Below, piece by piece: positions 61,481-64,000 of a stretch of DNA of 64,000 nucleotides. This DNA is from the human T2T-CHM13v2.0 reference genome, Homo sapiens, in the NCBI RefSeq assembly GCF_009914755.1, contig NC_060935.1; one strand, 5' to 3'. The notes under the pieces are model-generated. The model did no database searches and was not told the origin of the DNA. It saw only the letters and a program-made list of their open reading frames with translations. How positions within the stretch are numbered: the first letter of the stretch is position 1; the number at the start of each line of letters is the position of its first letter. The position numbers and the translations under genes are program-made.

Positions 61481-64000
61481 AAGACACACTTCAGTTTTGC
61501 CAGCTGGTTGGAGCAGGTGTACCAGTAATGGCATTACCCACAGTGCATGCTTTGGAGTGCAAGCCATGGGCTCTGCTTTTAATGCTGCTAACTTGATTGC
61601 ACTCCTGGCTTTTATGAAGATTTGCCAGGCTTTCAGGGCAGATTCTGTCCATGCATAAGTAGCTCAATAATGTTTTCTCATATTGCTAAAAGTTAGTTGC
61701 ACTCTGATATTTCCATCATGGCCCCTGTGCCTGAATTCAAGTTCCTGCATCATAATCAAATTATATCATCCAGACTTTTAATTTAAGATCCACAGCTGTA
61801 ACTAAGTTAGGAAGCAGTGTAGGGTTTACTGTGACAAAATTTTATTTACAGTGGGATTTGCTTGGAAGTCCAGACCTCAAAAGAGAATTATTCTATGGAC
61901 CCCTACCAGAATGAAATTAATGAAGGTATTGAAAGCACTGATTAATCTGTAAAACATCAAGAATAGTGTTAAAAGCCAGATGGAAATAACTTCATCTGGT
62001 GAATGATGAGCTCCTGTGTGGTAGGCTGAAGTATGTGATGGAAGAAGCAAATGTATAACTACAATTCTAGATTAAGTCATCCTTAACAAAAAGGAGGGAT
62101 TGGTGTAATATCTCAAAAACACTTAAGGCTTTCTTTCCTTTCCAATTTTGCTTTAAATTGAATTGTTGCCTACTTTAAGTTTTTGGTGAAACAGATGCAC
62201 AGAGACACACAAATGGTTACATTTTAGAGAGGATATAGAAAATGGTTATTTTGAAATAGTTAACTTTGGACCTAATTGGGATCAGGTTTGAGAGAAATAT
62301 TTACAAGAGAGGTTTGTGAAGAGAAAAAAATACAGTCAACTTCTAAGTGTAGAAGACCTGAGCAAACTTGAATTGTCCCCACATCTCTCAAAGGGAGAAA
62401 TGCTTGATATCCATGGAGAGTTTGAGAAGTCCATTCAAATCTATACACTGTGACTAATATGGCCTATTAGGCAGGAGCACAGATAGATATTTCAGTTGTA
62501 GGAAAGACACATTCTCATGTAGAGTGAAAAGACTCACAGGAGAACTGTATATTATTTAAAAAGTTATATGTTCATCTAGAAACTGAACATGATACAATTT
62601 GCAAAAAAAGATGAAGAAATACATCATAGGCATACCTAAAATGAAATGCAAATATTCAGTTGTAAAACCCCTAAGAGTCATATTTAAGGAATCTGTGGTC
62701 ATGGTTGACCAAAGGAGACAGGGAAGGGTGTGGACTGTCACTGGAACTGAGTCTCAGGCAGAATCAGGACTTGAGGACCTGACCTGGTTGCAGCTGCTAA
62801 CTGCAGAGGTTCCAGCTGGGGACAAAGTGACATGTCCAAAGGGAGCACAATAACTAAAGTTTATAGTCTAGGCAACTAGTAAACACTGGCATGAAGAGAT
62901 TACAGGGAGTCTAAGGAAAATTAATGAGGCATTAAATTGAGAGTGGGCCTCAGAGATGGTCAATTTAAGGTTAGGTGTTACTAGAAAGGCAGTTGTATCA
63001 TAGAAAGCTATTCAGGGCCCCTGTCACAAGACTAGGCCTCATAGACAGACTCTAGTATGTCAGAGAGGACAAGCAAGAGCAACACAGAGCTCCAATTTTA
63101 GTACATATCTGGGAGAACCATGCAAGATTTAAATATAAGGACACTACTCTAGAATACAAGGCTGAATTCAGTTAGGAAGCTGTGGTTGAATGGTGGAGAT
63201 ATAATCACTTCCAAGATCAATGGGAGTCCACTTCTTCCATACTCAGGCACTCTTTGAACTAAATTTCTGTAGGTATGCTGGCTATTAATGGATGATTGCA
63301 GGAAGTCCTAACAATCAGCTAGTTCCAGTGGAATGGTTCATCTAATGGTTATCAAGTCACCAACTCAGTAATATAAGCAGATATAATCTGATTCTCACTA
63401 TACCACTGACTCTTTCATCTTTTCCGTTGGTCCTTGGAATGTCTGGAGACTAATTTAGTTTGCTTCTGTTTTCATTATTCTTGCCAGTAGTGAATCACTT
63501 TGCTCCATCAGCAGCAGATTCTCTTTTAAAAGCAAATCAATGTATCTAATGGGTTTTCAGAATGGGTACTTATGATCAATGTGCATTATTTATCACAGAA
63601 TTGCCTGTGTGCATATTTTTTTTCTTTAAACACTTTTAAGAAGGCAACACTCTAGGTATGCATATGGATAATATGCATAATAATCAGAAAATCAATAATT
63701 TATAAATAAAATACTAAATTAGCCTTGAAATTAAAAGAAACTCTCATCTTTCTCATCACTTGGGATGCTCTCTTATTGTTCTGGATGATTTCTAATAGAT
63801 CAGTGATAAGATAAATGAAGACATCTATATATGCATCTATAGCATTATTTAATGATAGCTAATAATTGCAGCACAAATATAAACACACACACATGGAAAA
63901 GATTATAGAAATAAAAAATAAGTTAGAAACCATGTCAAAGCAAGCCAGAGTTAATGACACCGTGCAATAAATTTGTGCATGAGCTTCCTGGCTGTCAAGT

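Noticed and set aside
62300-63620. Possible CR1/L3 remnants
   Set aside because: The similarity is too faint to place boundaries or strand without a profile search.

Overview
This is primate (most likely human or great-ape) genomic DNA. It is AT-rich and CpG-depleted, with no CpG island. I find no supportable protein-coding gene: the ORF track is almost entirely Alu-, L1-, MaLR- or microsatellite-derived, or is chance ORFs, so the window is intergenic or deep intronic. A large part is interspersed repeat: AluJ/S/Y, an L1PA3-like 3' end, L1M/HAL1, L2, MIR, MamSINE1, MaLR LTRs (THE1C, MST, MLT1), ERVL and gypsy-like LTRs, and many hAT MITEs, several nested with intact TSDs. All family names come from recalled consensus sequences, not a database run. 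Five signals are not explained by the repeats. (1) A very recent 305/312-bp tandem duplication at 9458-10078. (2) Two local templated-insertion or template-switch scars (4015-4350 and 31688-31860), each copying a segment from about 1.1-1.3 kb upstream. (3) Three strong-splice-site, stop-containing candidate exons on the minus strand, possibly a lncRNA. (4) Motif-dense candidate enhancers: a p53/p63-like palindrome cluster near 46.5 kb and overlapping double AREs near 61.47 kb. (5) A MER53 hairpin related to miR-1302. I cannot support a novel protein-based system here.
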